In this document: one piece after another, positions 54,273 to 63,416 of the stretch | Layout: each line of letters starts with the position of its first letter | How positions within the stretch are numbered: position 1 is the first letter of the stretch | Source: a virus | Taxonomy: Duplodnaviria; Heunggongvirae; Uroviricota; Caudoviricetes | Direction: 5' to 3' (one strand) | IMG/VR virus record: IMGVR_UViG_3300032335_000499 | DNA length: 64,000 nucleotides | The notes under the pieces: model-generated | The model's input: only the letters and a program-made list of their open reading frames with translations | The model's database searches: none | Told to the model about the DNA's origin: nothing | Position numbers and translations under genes: made by a program

Positions 54273-55726
54273 ACGAAGTAAAGATCATAATCAAAGACGA
54301 AGTTAATGTAAAAATCGAGGGTCTTGAAGTAGGCGACCGTCGAGCATTGATGAAGATGTTTGAGTTTGAAAAGCCAGGGGCTAGATATCTCCCGGCTGTT
54401 CGTCTTGGACGATGGAACGGAAAGATCAGCTATTTCAGTTTGGGTGGCAGTTCGTATGTCAATCTACTTGAGCAGATCATCACATATCTGTATGATAAAG
54501 GATATGACATTGAACTTGTAGATTTGCGGCAATCACATGATGAACTTAAGTTCGACCGCATTAAAGAAGATAGCTTTTCAGAAACAGTGTGGCCAAAAGG
54601 TCATGAACGTGAAGGTCAACCTATCGTACTACGTGACTATCAGGTTGAGATTGTTAACAACTTCTTAGAGAATCCTCAATGCTTACAGGAAGTTGCAACA
54701 GGCGCTGGTAAGACGCTGATGACTGCTGCTCTATCTAAGTCCGTAGAGCACCTAGGACGCTCCCTAGTGATTGTCCCCAACAAGAGTCTTGTTACGCAAA
54801 CAGAAGCAGATTACATCAATTTAGGATTGGATGTCGGTGTCTACTTCGGTGACCGTAAAGACTATGGCAAGACTCATACTATCTGCACATGGCAAAGCTT
54901 GAACAATCTGTTTAAGAACACAGCCAACGCAGGAGAAGAAACACTTGACGAATTTTTCTTTGAAGATATTGCTTGTGTTATTGTTGACGAAGTTCACATG
55001 GCTAAGGCTGATGTACTCAAGACGATGCTTACAGGAGTGTTCAGCAACATTCCTATTCGCTGGGGACTGACAGGAACCATTCCTAAAGACAAGATGGATC
55101 AAGTATCATTGCTTGTATCACTTGGTCCCGTTATCGGTAAGCTATCAGCAAAAGAGTTACAGGACAAGGGTGTACTCGCACAATGTCATGTTAACATTGT
55201 TCAGCTTAAGGATAAGGTCGAGTTCACTAATTACCAGTCAGAATTGAAACATCTGCTAGAAGATTCAAATCGCCTTGATACGATTGCTGCACTTATCGAA
55301 AAGGTGAATCTGACTGGAAACACTCTCGTACTCGTTGACCGAGTGAACGCAGGAAAAGAAATCGTAAGCAGATTAGGTTCCAATGCAGTGTTCGTCAATG
55401 GCGGCACTGGTCTAACAGAAAGAAAGGCAGAATATGATGAGGTTGCCACAAGCGACGATAAAATTATTGTCGCAACGTACGGCGTTGCGGCTGTCGGTAT
55501 TAATATTCCTCGGATCTTTAATTTGGTTCTTATCGAGCCTGGTAAGTCGTTTGTACGAGTTATTCAGTCGATAGGCAGAGGTATTCGTAAAGCAGAAGAC
55601 AAGGACCATGTTCAAATTTGGGACGTTACAAGTTCTTGTAAGTTCGCAAAAAGACACTTGACACAACGCAAGCAGTTTTACAAAGAAGCCAACTATCCTT
55701 TCAGTATAGAGAAATTGGATTATTAA
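54269..55726 (+). CDS. uvsW: Superfamily 2 DNA helicase (UvsW-like)
   Basis: LRDYQ, ATGAGKT, DEVH, GLTGT, QSIGRGIR. Confidence 0.88.
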   Translation: MNEVKIIIKDEVNVKIEGLEVGDRRALMKMFEFEKPGARYLPAVRLGRWNGKISYFSLGGSSYVNLLEQIITYLYDKGYDIELVDLRQSHDELKFDRIKEDSFSETVWPKGHEREGQPIVLRDYQVEIVNNFLENPQCLQEVATGAGKTLMTAALSKSVEHLGRSLVIVPNKSLVTQTEADYINLGLDVGVYFGDRKDYGKTHTICTWQSLNNLFKNTANAGEETLDEFFFEDIACVIVDEVHMAKADVLKTMLTGVFSNIPIRWGLTGTIPKDKMDQVSLLVSLGPVIGKLSAKELQDKGVLAQCHVNIVQLKDKVEFTNYQSELKHLLEDSNRLDTIAALIEKVNLTGNTLVLVDRVNAGKEIVSRLGSNAVFVNGGTGLTERKAEYDEVATSDDKIIVATYGVAAVGINIPRIFNLVLIEPGKSFVRVIQSIGRGIRKAEDKDHVQIWDVTSSCKFAKRHLTQRKQFYKEANYPFSIEKLDY

Positions 55727-55730
55727 TAGC

Positions 55731-55759
55731 TTGACATATACAGTAAAGGTTGATAGAAT
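55731..55759 (+). promoter_or_regulatory. Sigma70 promoter
   Basis: TTGACA-17-TAGAAT, with ATG 6 nt downstream. Confidence 0.7.
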
Positions 55760-55765
55760 AACATT

Positions 55766-56266
55766 ATGAGAATACTTACTTTAGAAAACGAAAGTTACAA
55801 TCTGGAAACACTTCCAGAGGAAATCGATGATTTGCTGTTTGCAATTCTAGATAATTCTACCCCAGCAAATGTTGATTATCACTTCATTCCGTTGATTTTC
55901 TTAGAATCATTCAACAGTCCTGCACTAGTGATTAAGGTTGCTGATAAGGTTATTAAGATGCCAATCGATTGGCAGATATTGATTGGAGAGCAAGAACATG
56001 GTGACTTAGAAACTTTACCGCTATCTAGTCTCAACGATAGAGGATTCAACGCTTTTCAGTTTAATCCGCGGACTTCATTCTCCCCCTCATTTCTTCCTAT
56101 TGAAATCTTAGATATCTACCCTGATGTTACTTGGTATGCACCTAGACTCAGAAATGGTCAGTTTTTGTGTGTACCGATTGACGAAGGGGAGCAACCGCGT
56201 TGTATCTATTTTGTCAAGGAGATTAGTAGGAACTGCGAAGTAGTAGATTATAGTCAAGTATTTTAA
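55766..56266 (+). CDS. Hypothetical beta-rich protein
   Basis: 166-aa ORF with its own promoter. Confidence 0.55.
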   Translation: MRILTLENESYNLETLPEEIDDLLFAILDNSTPANVDYHFIPLIFLESFNSPALVIKVADKVIKMPIDWQILIGEQEHGDLETLPLSSLNDRGFNAFQFNPRTSFSPSFLPIEILDIYPDVTWYAPRLRNGQFLCVPIDEGEQPRCIYFVKEISRNCEVVDYSQVF

Positions 56267-56268
56267 CA

Positions 56269-56433
56269 ATGAACAAATTAATTGCATTTTTAGTAGTAGT
56301 GTTAGCATGGCTTGTTATGCCCATCGTCATAGTAGGACTCACTATCGGTCTTATACTTAGTATTTTTTGGGCAGGGAGTCATGTACTCTATGCTTATATT
56401 CTTAGCGAACTCAACCAAAGGAAGAAATCATGA
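56269..56433 (+). CDS. Small membrane protein (54 aa)
   Basis: Long hydrophobic stretch; ATGA overlap with the next ORF. Confidence 0.45.
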   Translation: MNKLIAFLVVVLAWLVMPIVIVGLTIGLILSIFWAGSHVLYAYILSELNQRKKS

Positions 56434-56555
56434 TTACTGAAACAATTATTAAGACTTTTCAAAAGAAGCATAAGCAGTCAGACGTTATGGGTGTAATTCG
56501 CACTCTCTATCCAAACGTTGAAATTTCTATTTTAAAGAAGAAAGGTAACAAGTAA
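56430..56555 (+). CDS. Small hypothetical protein (41 aa)
   Basis: Coupled at both ends (ATGA, TAATG). Confidence 0.45.
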   Translation: MITETIIKTFQKKHKQSDVMGVIRTLYPNVEISILKKKGNK

Positions 56556-57154
56556 TGAAATATAAGATTGAAATCGGTGGACGCGGCGGCGAAGTTGTTA
56601 TCGGCTCCGTCAAGCGTGAATTCTATGACATTGTTGAAGAACATGAAATTGATTTTGAGGACTATGCTTGGAATGATGATTTCTTTGAGGAAAACGATGT
56701 AGAAATTGACGAAGATATCCGTCCGTTTCATCCCGGCGAATGGCACGAATGCGATGACCTTGCACATCACACTGGCCCTTCACTAGAAGATTGTTATATT
56801 ACTGTAATGGATGAAAACGATACAGTCATCTATGATGCACTAACTGCTGATGCTTTCTTTGATATGGGTGCAGACACAGAACAGACCGAAGAGATTTTCC
56901 CTCAAGAAACTCTTGAAGACGGTGACGTTTACTTCCTTGGACAAAGCATTGAGAAAGGTCACTTCCTCTCGTTTGAATGTGAAGATGAAGCTTTTGACCC
57001 TAAGAAACTTGTAATTACTACAGGTGATTATGACGGCTGGGAACTTGTTACTGGCTTAACCTACAACGGAGAATCACTTGATGATTTGGGTGACAGTTCA
57101 ACTGACGGTAAAGGTTCGGACTTTCAGCTTATCCTAGTAGAGAAAGATTATTAA
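56555..57154 (+). CDS. Highly acidic hypothetical protein
   Basis: Asp/Glu-rich, 199 aa. Confidence 0.6.
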   Translation: MKYKIEIGGRGGEVVIGSVKREFYDIVEEHEIDFEDYAWNDDFFEENDVEIDEDIRPFHPGEWHECDDLAHHTGPSLEDCYITVMDENDTVIYDALTADAFFDMGADTEQTEEIFPQETLEDGDVYFLGQSIEKGHFLSFECEDEAFDPKKLVITTGDYDGWELVTGLTYNGESLDDLGDSSTDGKGSDFQLILVEKDY

Positions 57155-57573
57155 TGTCCTCAGGGCAAACATTGGGTCAAGCAAAATACAATAGAACGAT
57201 TGCTGGCATTCCTCCTAGTGCTGGTGTGTTTAGACTTGATACTGCTAGGACACGCAAGGTAAGAAAAGAGAAGGAAAAGAAGATGGGTTGGTTAAAACGT
57301 AAGTTTGCACAATGGTGCCGCGAAGCATGGGAAAATACTCGCCATGAGGATAAAACATATGCAGTAGTAGACTCTGTTCAATCTCGGAGCATTGATGCAA
57401 ACAAGTGCATTCGCTTCACTCTCTATCCGGCATCAGGCGGGTACGTTATTGAACACTACAAAAATGAACGTATGCGAGAAAGTGATGGGCCGACATTGAC
57501 TATTGTTAACAACGGTGACAGTATTGGTCAAGCGATTGAACACGTTATTGCAATTGAGTCGTTGAAGGCATAA
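57154..57573 (+). CDS. Hypothetical protein
   Basis: Coupled ORF. Confidence 0.55.
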   Translation: MSSGQTLGQAKYNRTIAGIPPSAGVFRLDTARTRKVRKEKEKKMGWLKRKFAQWCREAWENTRHEDKTYAVVDSVQSRSIDANKCIRFTLYPASGGYVIEHYKNERMRESDGPTLTIVNNGDSIGQAIEHVIAIESLKA

Positions 57574-58160
57574 TGGCTAAAGAGAAACTATCAGCAGACG
57601 AAAAGTTTGAGAAGGTTGAGTTTGACCTTTTCGATGCAATCGCGGCTATTGACCGCAAAGACTATTCGTATTATGATAGGTTGACTCCTGAACAGCAAAA
57701 GAAGTTTGTGCCATTCATGATGATACATTGGATTAGTGCAGTTAAAGGTAGTAAGGATATTCAATCTTATTATCTGCAAAGCACTGAATATCATGCTAAC
57801 AAGTATATGTTCAACGAGAATGTACAGAAGCATCCTAAGCTACAATGGTTGATGTTGTGTGCTGCAAGCCCGGGTATTGGCAAACAGTTTCATCAATGGA
57901 TTCCGCATATCCGTGACCGTGTTAGTAAGTTGAAAGAGGCTCCTAAGACCAAGGAGATTAAAGACTACTTTAAAAAGGTATATCCTAAATCAAGTGACAG
58001 TGACTTAAACATCATATCCGAAGTTTTTGTTGACAATCACAAGAAAAAGATGTATATTGCTAATAGATTCCCCGAATTAAAATTTGATGAGATTGAGTTA
58101 TTAAGTGAGCTTGTTACAGATAAAGAAATCGAAGAATACGAAAGAAAGCTCGGTAACTAA
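57573..58160 (+). CDS. Possible clamp-loader small subunit (gp62-like)
   Basis: FVPFMM..WIS...KHPKLQW...HQWI loosely resembles gp62; replication context. Confidence 0.4.
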   Translation: MAKEKLSADEKFEKVEFDLFDAIAAIDRKDYSYYDRLTPEQQKKFVPFMMIHWISAVKGSKDIQSYYLQSTEYHANKYMFNENVQKHPKLQWLMLCAASPGIGKQFHQWIPHIRDRVSKLKEAPKTKEIKDYFKKVYPKSSDSDLNIISEVFVDNHKKKMYIANRFPELKFDEIELLSELVTDKEIEEYERKLGN

Positions 58161-58836
58161 AACCGAGTTTTCTTGTGAGTTTTGCAAGCGGAGTTTCCAA
58201 CGAGAGACTACGATGATGAAACACCTTTGTGAAAACAAGCGCAGATGGCAAGACAAAGACCAGCCAGGTAATCGTATTGGATTTCAAGCTTGGGTAGAAT
58301 TCTACAAAAAGAATACTGCATCTAAAAAACCTAGAACATATGTAGACTTCACGAAAAGTGCATACTACATTGCCTTTGTCAAGTTCGGTCACTATTGCGT
58401 TGATATCAAGTGTATCAATGTAGTTAGGTATGCTGACTGGCTGTTGAAGAATCAGATAAAGATTGATAGTTGGTGCAGCGATACTAACTATACTAAATTT
58501 CTTATTGAGTACTTAAAGACAGAAGACCCGCTGGATGCTATCGCTCGTAGTATCGAAGCTACGATGACTATCTCTAAGGATTCAGGTATCGAAACCAAAG
58601 ATTGTCTACGATATGCTAATAAAAACAAATTAGCGTATGCTGTAACTACTGGCAAGATTAGTCCATGGATGCTTTATCAGAGCGAGAGCGGTGTCAAGTT
58701 TCTAGAAGAACTTGATGAAAGCCAGCAAAAGATGATTATCGACTACATCAATCCAGAACAATGGGCTATCAAGTTTAGACGTAACAACGAAATGGTGACA
58801 CAGGTCAAGGAACTGTTGAATGCCGCAGGCTATTGA
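58105..58836 (+). CDS. Zn-finger-containing hypothetical protein
   Basis: CEFC...HLC near the N-terminus; start uncertain. Confidence 0.55.
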   Translation: MSLLQIKKSKNTKESSVTKTEFSCEFCKRSFQRETTMMKHLCENKRRWQDKDQPGNRIGFQAWVEFYKKNTASKKPRTYVDFTKSAYYIAFVKFGHYCVDIKCINVVRYADWLLKNQIKIDSWCSDTNYTKFLIEYLKTEDPLDAIARSIEATMTISKDSGIETKDCLRYANKNKLAYAVTTGKISPWMLYQSESGVKFLEELDESQQKMIIDYINPEQWAIKFRRNNEMVTQVKELLNAAGY

Positions 58837-59071
58837 TACTTACAAAGTAGTTCGTCGCGGTCAGAAATACTGCGTGAGAGTTCGTGGGGTACTTAACACT
58901 ACTGATTCATTTAACTGGTGTAAAGAACGTAACATGAGTTACTATATCAAACGGCGGTTTAATGTAGGATATACTTGGGATAGCGAAGGACTCTATAGAA
59001 GCCGCTGGGACTATGACTTTATTTTTGATGAGAAGAAAGAAGCACTGACTTTTATCCTAGGGTATCTATGA
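58820..59071 (+). CDS. Small F-x-L-x-W family protein
   Basis: FNWCKE...FDEKKEALTFILGYL. Confidence 0.55.
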   Translation: MPQAIDTYKVVRRGQKYCVRVRGVLNTTDSFNWCKERNMSYYIKRRFNVGYTWDSEGLYRSRWDYDFIFDEKKEALTFILGYL

Positions 59072-59286
59072 ACAAGTTTTTTCACATGGATGCTAAACTA
59101 TTTGATACATGGACTGATCAACTGATTGATAAGTCCTACGATTACCGGCAGATTGGTATTTCAAATGAACACTGTAATCAGATATCCGAACCGGAATACG
59201 GTCTACGATTGGTTAACTGGCCCGATAAAGCATTTGAAGTTGTAGATGAACATAAGTACACTGTCTTCCTACTGAGATACCGATGA
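59068..59286 (+). CDS. Small F-x-L-x-W family protein
   Basis: Ends VVDEHKYTVFLLRYR. Confidence 0.55.
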   Translation: MNKFFHMDAKLFDTWTDQLIDKSYDYRQIGISNEHCNQISEPEYGLRLVNWPDKAFEVVDEHKYTVFLLRYR

Positions 59287-59474
59287 GATTTAGTGTCTCT
59301 CCGCAGCATATGAAGCCATTCGTCATTGTTGTTGACTATAAGTTTTATGTTGAAAATGAGCAAGAGATTAAAGAATGGGCCAATCAGTGTACTCCGGGAT
59401 GGGCACTGACTGGCATGGTATTAGAGTTTAAGAACGAACAAGATAGGCTAGCATTTTTACTACGGTGGAATTGA
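59283..59474 (+). CDS. Small F-x-L-x-W family protein
   Basis: IKEWANQ...FKNEQDRLAFLLRWN. Confidence 0.6.
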   Translation: MRFSVSPQHMKPFVIVVDYKFYVENEQEIKEWANQCTPGWALTGMVLEFKNEQDRLAFLLRWN

Positions 59475-59677
59475 TGTATACTCTGTGCATAAACGACAAG
59501 AAAAACCAGACTCAAGATTGGTGGTTTAACTTTTTGTTTAGCCTCAATGACATTGATGTGAAAACAGGATTAAAAAAGTGGGGAGGGAGAGTTGAGTATG
59601 ATAGAAGCGGATACAGCGATACTCTTATATTTGACAGAGAAGAAGATTTAGCATGGTTTCTATTAAAATGGACATGA
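59474..59677 (+). CDS. Small F-x-L-x-W family protein
   Basis: Ends FDREEDLAWFLLKWT. Confidence 0.6.
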   Translation: MYTLCINDKKNQTQDWWFNFLFSLNDIDVKTGLKKWGGRVEYDRSGYSDTLIFDREEDLAWFLLKWT

Positions 59678-59692
59678 TTAAGGAACGCTATA

Positions 59693-60334
59693 ATGAATAT
59701 ATGTGATATTGCATTGGTTATAAAAAACCATCTAAATGATGATGAATGCCAGCAACTAATAACAGAATACGAACGTAAAAAATTTACTGCTAGGCAAGAA
59801 CAGTCGCTTCATGCGTATGAGGAAAACACTAAGGTAAGTACCTTTAAAAGGATAACTATAAAAGAGACTAGTCAACATTATGATTTGATAAAAAACAAGA
59901 CAGAAAATGCATTGAAACTTTGGCTAGACTACTTGCAGAGTAAAAATATGTTTAGTGTTGCTTTGCTGCGTAATAATTTGCAATATACGACTCATGATTT
60001 CAGAATATTAAAATATGATGTTGGTAACTTTATACATCCGCACACAGATTGGGATCACTTCACCCATGCTAGTGTTTCATTAAATCTAAACGATGAATAC
60101 ACTGGTGGTGACTTTGTTTTTATGAATGGGGAACGTATAATATCTCTAGAAAAGGGAGACGCATTAGTATTTCCAGCTAACTTTTATTGGGTTCACGAAA
60201 CGAAACCTATTCTAACCGGCACCAGATACACTGTAAATTCATTTATATCAACCGTTCATTCATCCTCACAAAAAAAATTATTTGGAGAAATACACGAAGC
60301 CCAACAAGAGCATGAGAGAATATTTAAACTGTAG
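59693..60334 (+). CDS. 2OG-Fe(II) oxygenase (prolyl-hydroxylase-like)
   Basis: LKY..G..IHPHTD, LNDEYTGGDF, FP...HET.PI..GTRY. Confidence 0.85.
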   Translation: MNICDIALVIKNHLNDDECQQLITEYERKKFTARQEQSLHAYEENTKVSTFKRITIKETSQHYDLIKNKTENALKLWLDYLQSKNMFSVALLRNNLQYTTHDFRILKYDVGNFIHPHTDWDHFTHASVSLNLNDEYTGGDFVFMNGERIISLEKGDALVFPANFYWVHETKPILTGTRYTVNSFISTVHSSSQKKLFGEIHEAQQEHERIFKL

Positions 60335-60359
60335 GGCATGATGTGCAGGAACATGAAAA

Positions 60360-60779
60360 ATGGACATGATTAAACAACTCAAAGAACGCTGGAAGGGCTA
60401 CAAAGAGAAACGCTTCCTAAAAAACTATGGGTGTAAGACTTGGCGCGAGTATGAACGCAAATATGATCCTGATGTTGGGTTTAGAGCAAGATGGGCCCAT
60501 ACCTATTATCATGGCTATCCTCATATACTTCCGATGGATCCTCAGAAATTCAGTGACTGGGCGCTCGGCGGCACAATATTTCAACTAGTTGACAAAATGA
60601 CGGAATGGTGTGAACAGAATTGTCAAGGTAAGTGGCGTAACGATTGGCATCGCGGCTTTTGGGATGCTCACGGAAATTACGAGGTCTACGAAATCAATGG
60701 TATAAGCGGTGGTGACACTATGTTTTTTGCATTCAAAGAAGAATCAGATTATGTTTGGTTTATGCTCACCTGGCAATGA
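60360..60779 (+). CDS. F-x-L-x-W family protein (extended)
   Basis: MTEWCEQNCQGKW...FKEESDYVWFMLTWQ. Confidence 0.6.
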   Translation: MDMIKQLKERWKGYKEKRFLKNYGCKTWREYERKYDPDVGFRARWAHTYYHGYPHILPMDPQKFSDWALGGTIFQLVDKMTEWCEQNCQGKWRNDWHRGFWDAHGNYEVYEINGISGGDTMFFAFKEESDYVWFMLTWQ

Positions 60780-61015
60780 ATTACTACGATGAAAAGAATG
60801 GATGGGAACACACTAAGCCAGGTTGGTACGAAGTAGTGATTCCGGTGTATCAAATTCAAGAGGCACAGCATAAACACACTGAAATGTTAACCTGGATATA
60901 CGATAACATAGGGAAATGTGAACATCATTGTAGATGGCAGTTCGATTTAGGTAGCTTAAAATTTAAGTTTAGATATGAGAGAGATTATGTATGGTTCAAA
61001 CTAACATGGGGTTAA
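60776..61015 (+). CDS. Small F-x-L-x-W family protein
   Basis: MLTWIYDNIG...FRYERDYVWFKLTWG. Confidence 0.6.
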   Translation: MNYYDEKNGWEHTKPGWYEVVIPVYQIQEAQHKHTEMLTWIYDNIGKCEHHCRWQFDLGSLKFKFRYERDYVWFKLTWG

Positions 61016-61272
61016 GACCCGCAGCAGAAGAAATTATTGATGTAGTCCCGCAGACTCAGAAGATCAAGAAGAAGATTGCAGTGGATGGAGTCTGGGAAGA
61101 TAGAACTTTCATTCGCATCCCTATCGGTTCTGAACGTATGGGTCCAAGTGAATTAGAAGTTTGGTGTCGCAAAAGATTAGGTGGTCCCAAATATTTAAGT
61201 GAGTGGTTCAAGGTATCGGGATATATAGTGCTTGACGAAAAAACATACATGTTTTGGAAGTTATGTGAATGA
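61006..61272 (+). CDS. Small F-x-L-x-W family protein (divergent)
   Basis: LEVWCRKRLG...DEKTYMFWKL. Confidence 0.55.
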   Translation: MGLRPAAEEIIDVVPQTQKIKKKIAVDGVWEDRTFIRIPIGSERMGPSELEVWCRKRLGGPKYLSEWFKVSGYIVLDEKTYMFWKLCE

Positions 61273-61619
61273 ATACTGAGGGATTAGAACTTAAGTTTAC
61301 TAAGCTAGATGGTAGGCATCGTGGGCACAATGAGTTTACTCATTATGTTAGTGTATTAGAAAAACCCACTAGCAAGTATTACCAACCAATTAAATATTCT
61401 GTTGCGGGGTTTTTTGCATTAAGATCACTGTGTTCAGAAACATGGGGACTTTCATGTGAACGAGAACTATATCTACAGTTAAAACCTAAAGTCGCTAATA
61501 GTGTGTCAGATGTGCCTCTCAATAATCATTGGGTATGGCATACCGATCTAAATAACAATCAGTATAGAATATATCTAAAAAGTGATGAAGAAAGAGCTTG
61601 GTTGTTATTAAAATGGTAA
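61269..61619 (+). CDS. F-x-L-x-W family protein
   Basis: Ends IYLKSDEERAWLLLKW. Confidence 0.55.
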   Translation: MNTEGLELKFTKLDGRHRGHNEFTHYVSVLEKPTSKYYQPIKYSVAGFFALRSLCSETWGLSCERELYLQLKPKVANSVSDVPLNNHWVWHTDLNNNQYRIYLKSDEERAWLLLKW

Positions 61620-62305
61620 ATGAATTAACTGATGGCGAAGGTTATCTATTCTTTGAGAATATTATTCCTATAGACTTGATTGACACGTTCAATGATAAAT
61701 TAGATACCCTATATCCCGTCAGAGCAGTTAGTACTGATAGACAATATGCAGAACGAGATAAGATAAAAGAGCTACCGAATATAAACGTTTGGTGGAGTCA
61801 AATGGTTATGGATTGGCCAGAGGTACAAGCTATTAACGAAATTCTTATCTCCAAAATTAAGCTAGAACTTGCTGATGCTGTGTTCTATGCTAGTGATGTT
61901 GTAACTATCAACGGTGACAGTAAATGGATAAATCCACATGTTGATACTCCTCATAGATTTAAACAATGGAATGAAGATGAAAGGTTATTAGGAGTACAGT
62001 GTATCGTTGCCTTACAAGACACTACTCCTGAGCAAGGTTCAACTGGATTTGTTCCTAGAAGTCACATACAAGACTGGGATATTGATATGTGCTACAGTGG
62101 TGCATATAACAAATATTTCTACAGTTTGTCCGAGCAGAGGCACATGATTAAGGGTAGCGTATTGATGTATAACGCTAGGCTACTGCATTCTAGTATGCCA
62201 AATTATTTACCCGAACCACGACCTGCGCTCTTGCTTAATTACCTAAACGGTGCTATAGTAGAAGATGTAAAGAAGATAGACAATATTTGGAGTTCTAATG
62301 GCTAA
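61613..62305 (+). CDS. Phytanoyl-CoA dioxygenase (PhyH)-family Fe/2OG enzyme
   Basis: PHVD, ALQDTTPEQGST.FVPRSH, GSVLMY...LHSS.PN...R. Confidence 0.85.
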   Translation: MVNELTDGEGYLFFENIIPIDLIDTFNDKLDTLYPVRAVSTDRQYAERDKIKELPNINVWWSQMVMDWPEVQAINEILISKIKLELADAVFYASDVVTINGDSKWINPHVDTPHRFKQWNEDERLLGVQCIVALQDTTPEQGSTGFVPRSHIQDWDIDMCYSGAYNKYFYSLSEQRHMIKGSVLMYNARLLHSSMPNYLPEPRPALLLNYLNGAIVEDVKKIDNIWSSNG

Positions 62306-62852
62306 TCATATTATGATCGATATGGAAACACTCAGTACCGACGTTTCCACAGTAATACTTACAATTGGTGCTGTGCGTTTTGACCCAAGGGGTGTCGGCG
62401 TAATGGAGAAGCTTGAGCTTCGCCCAACTATGGATGAGCAAACTGAGGTATTTAATCGCACTATCAGTGACGATACCCTTCGTTGGTGGGGAGAGCAAAG
62501 TCCCGAAGCAATTGAAGAAGCTATGGGCGACCGTGACCGCATTTCTTATAAGGAATGTATGGAAAAGCTTTATCAGTTCTGCTGGAATCGTGCTGACAAA
62601 GTTTGGTCTAACGGTTCTGGCTTTGATATCGTGATTGCAGAAAGCGCATTCCGTGATCTTGGCATGAAGTATCCATGGCAGTTTTGGAATGTGCGTGATT
62701 GTCGGACTATCTATGACCTTGCAGGCGTGTCGCTGAAAGACGGCGGACATGTCACAACTCACAAAGCAGTAGAAGATGCAGAGCGTCAGGCTATCATTGT
62801 GCAGAAAGCTTATCAGAAGCTTATTCAAGCGGGCATGACTCACATTCGATGA
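62298..62852 (+). CDS. DEDDh 3'-5' exonuclease
   Basis: MIDMETL, WSNG..FD, RDCRT, HKAVEDA. Confidence 0.85.
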   Translation: MANHIMIDMETLSTDVSTVILTIGAVRFDPRGVGVMEKLELRPTMDEQTEVFNRTISDDTLRWWGEQSPEAIEEAMGDRDRISYKECMEKLYQFCWNRADKVWSNGSGFDIVIAESAFRDLGMKYPWQFWNVRDCRTIYDLAGVSLKDGGHVTTHKAVEDAERQAIIVQKAYQKLIQAGMTHIR

Positions 62853-63415
62853 GAATTGACTCCGACATTGACATTGATTTGGGTGACCGCGAAAAACTAC
62901 TAGCGGTCATCAAGCATATTCCTGCGTCAATGCGCAATGTTGATCCTGTGCGGAAACATCCTACGGGAGTCTATATTACTGAAATTCCATATGATCCGGT
63001 ACATGATATGGCTGCATTGCATTATGTGGATGCAGAAAAAAGAGGATACTTTAAGCTCGATTTGCTTAACGTACATGTTTACAATCAAGTACAGAGTGAG
63101 GAACATCTTATTGAATTGATGAACGAGCCTGATTGGACTGTACTGAAAGAACGGGCTACGGTAGAAAAATTGATTCACTTGGGCAATTCTTATGATCTTA
63201 TTCAGAGAATGCCTGAACCCATTGATAGTATTCCTAGACTAGCGATGTTTCTTGCTGCAATCCGCCCTGCAAAGAGACATCTTATCGGTAAAACTTGGAA
63301 AGATGTAAACGAAACTGTTTGGGATAAAGATAATACTGGATACAGTTTTAAACGTAGTCACGCAGTTGCATACGCTCAACTAGTGGTAGTGCATATGAAT
63401 TTACTGAAAGAATAA
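62849..63415 (+). CDS. Miniature DNA polymerase III alpha (DnaE)-like protein
   Basis: DIDID, KHPTGVY, GYFKLDLL, AAIRP and GYSFKRSHAVAYA in 188 aa. Confidence 0.75.
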   Translation: MRIDSDIDIDLGDREKLLAVIKHIPASMRNVDPVRKHPTGVYITEIPYDPVHDMAALHYVDAEKRGYFKLDLLNVHVYNQVQSEEHLIELMNEPDWTVLKERATVEKLIHLGNSYDLIQRMPEPIDSIPRLAMFLAAIRPAKRHLIGKTWKDVNETVWDKDNTGYSFKRSHAVAYAQLVVVHMNLLKE

Positions 63416-63416
63416 T

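Noticed and set aside
43460-55726. Inteins or introns in terminase, UvsX or the helicase
   Set aside because: All are uninterrupted and of normal length, with no splicing or homing-endonuclease motifs.
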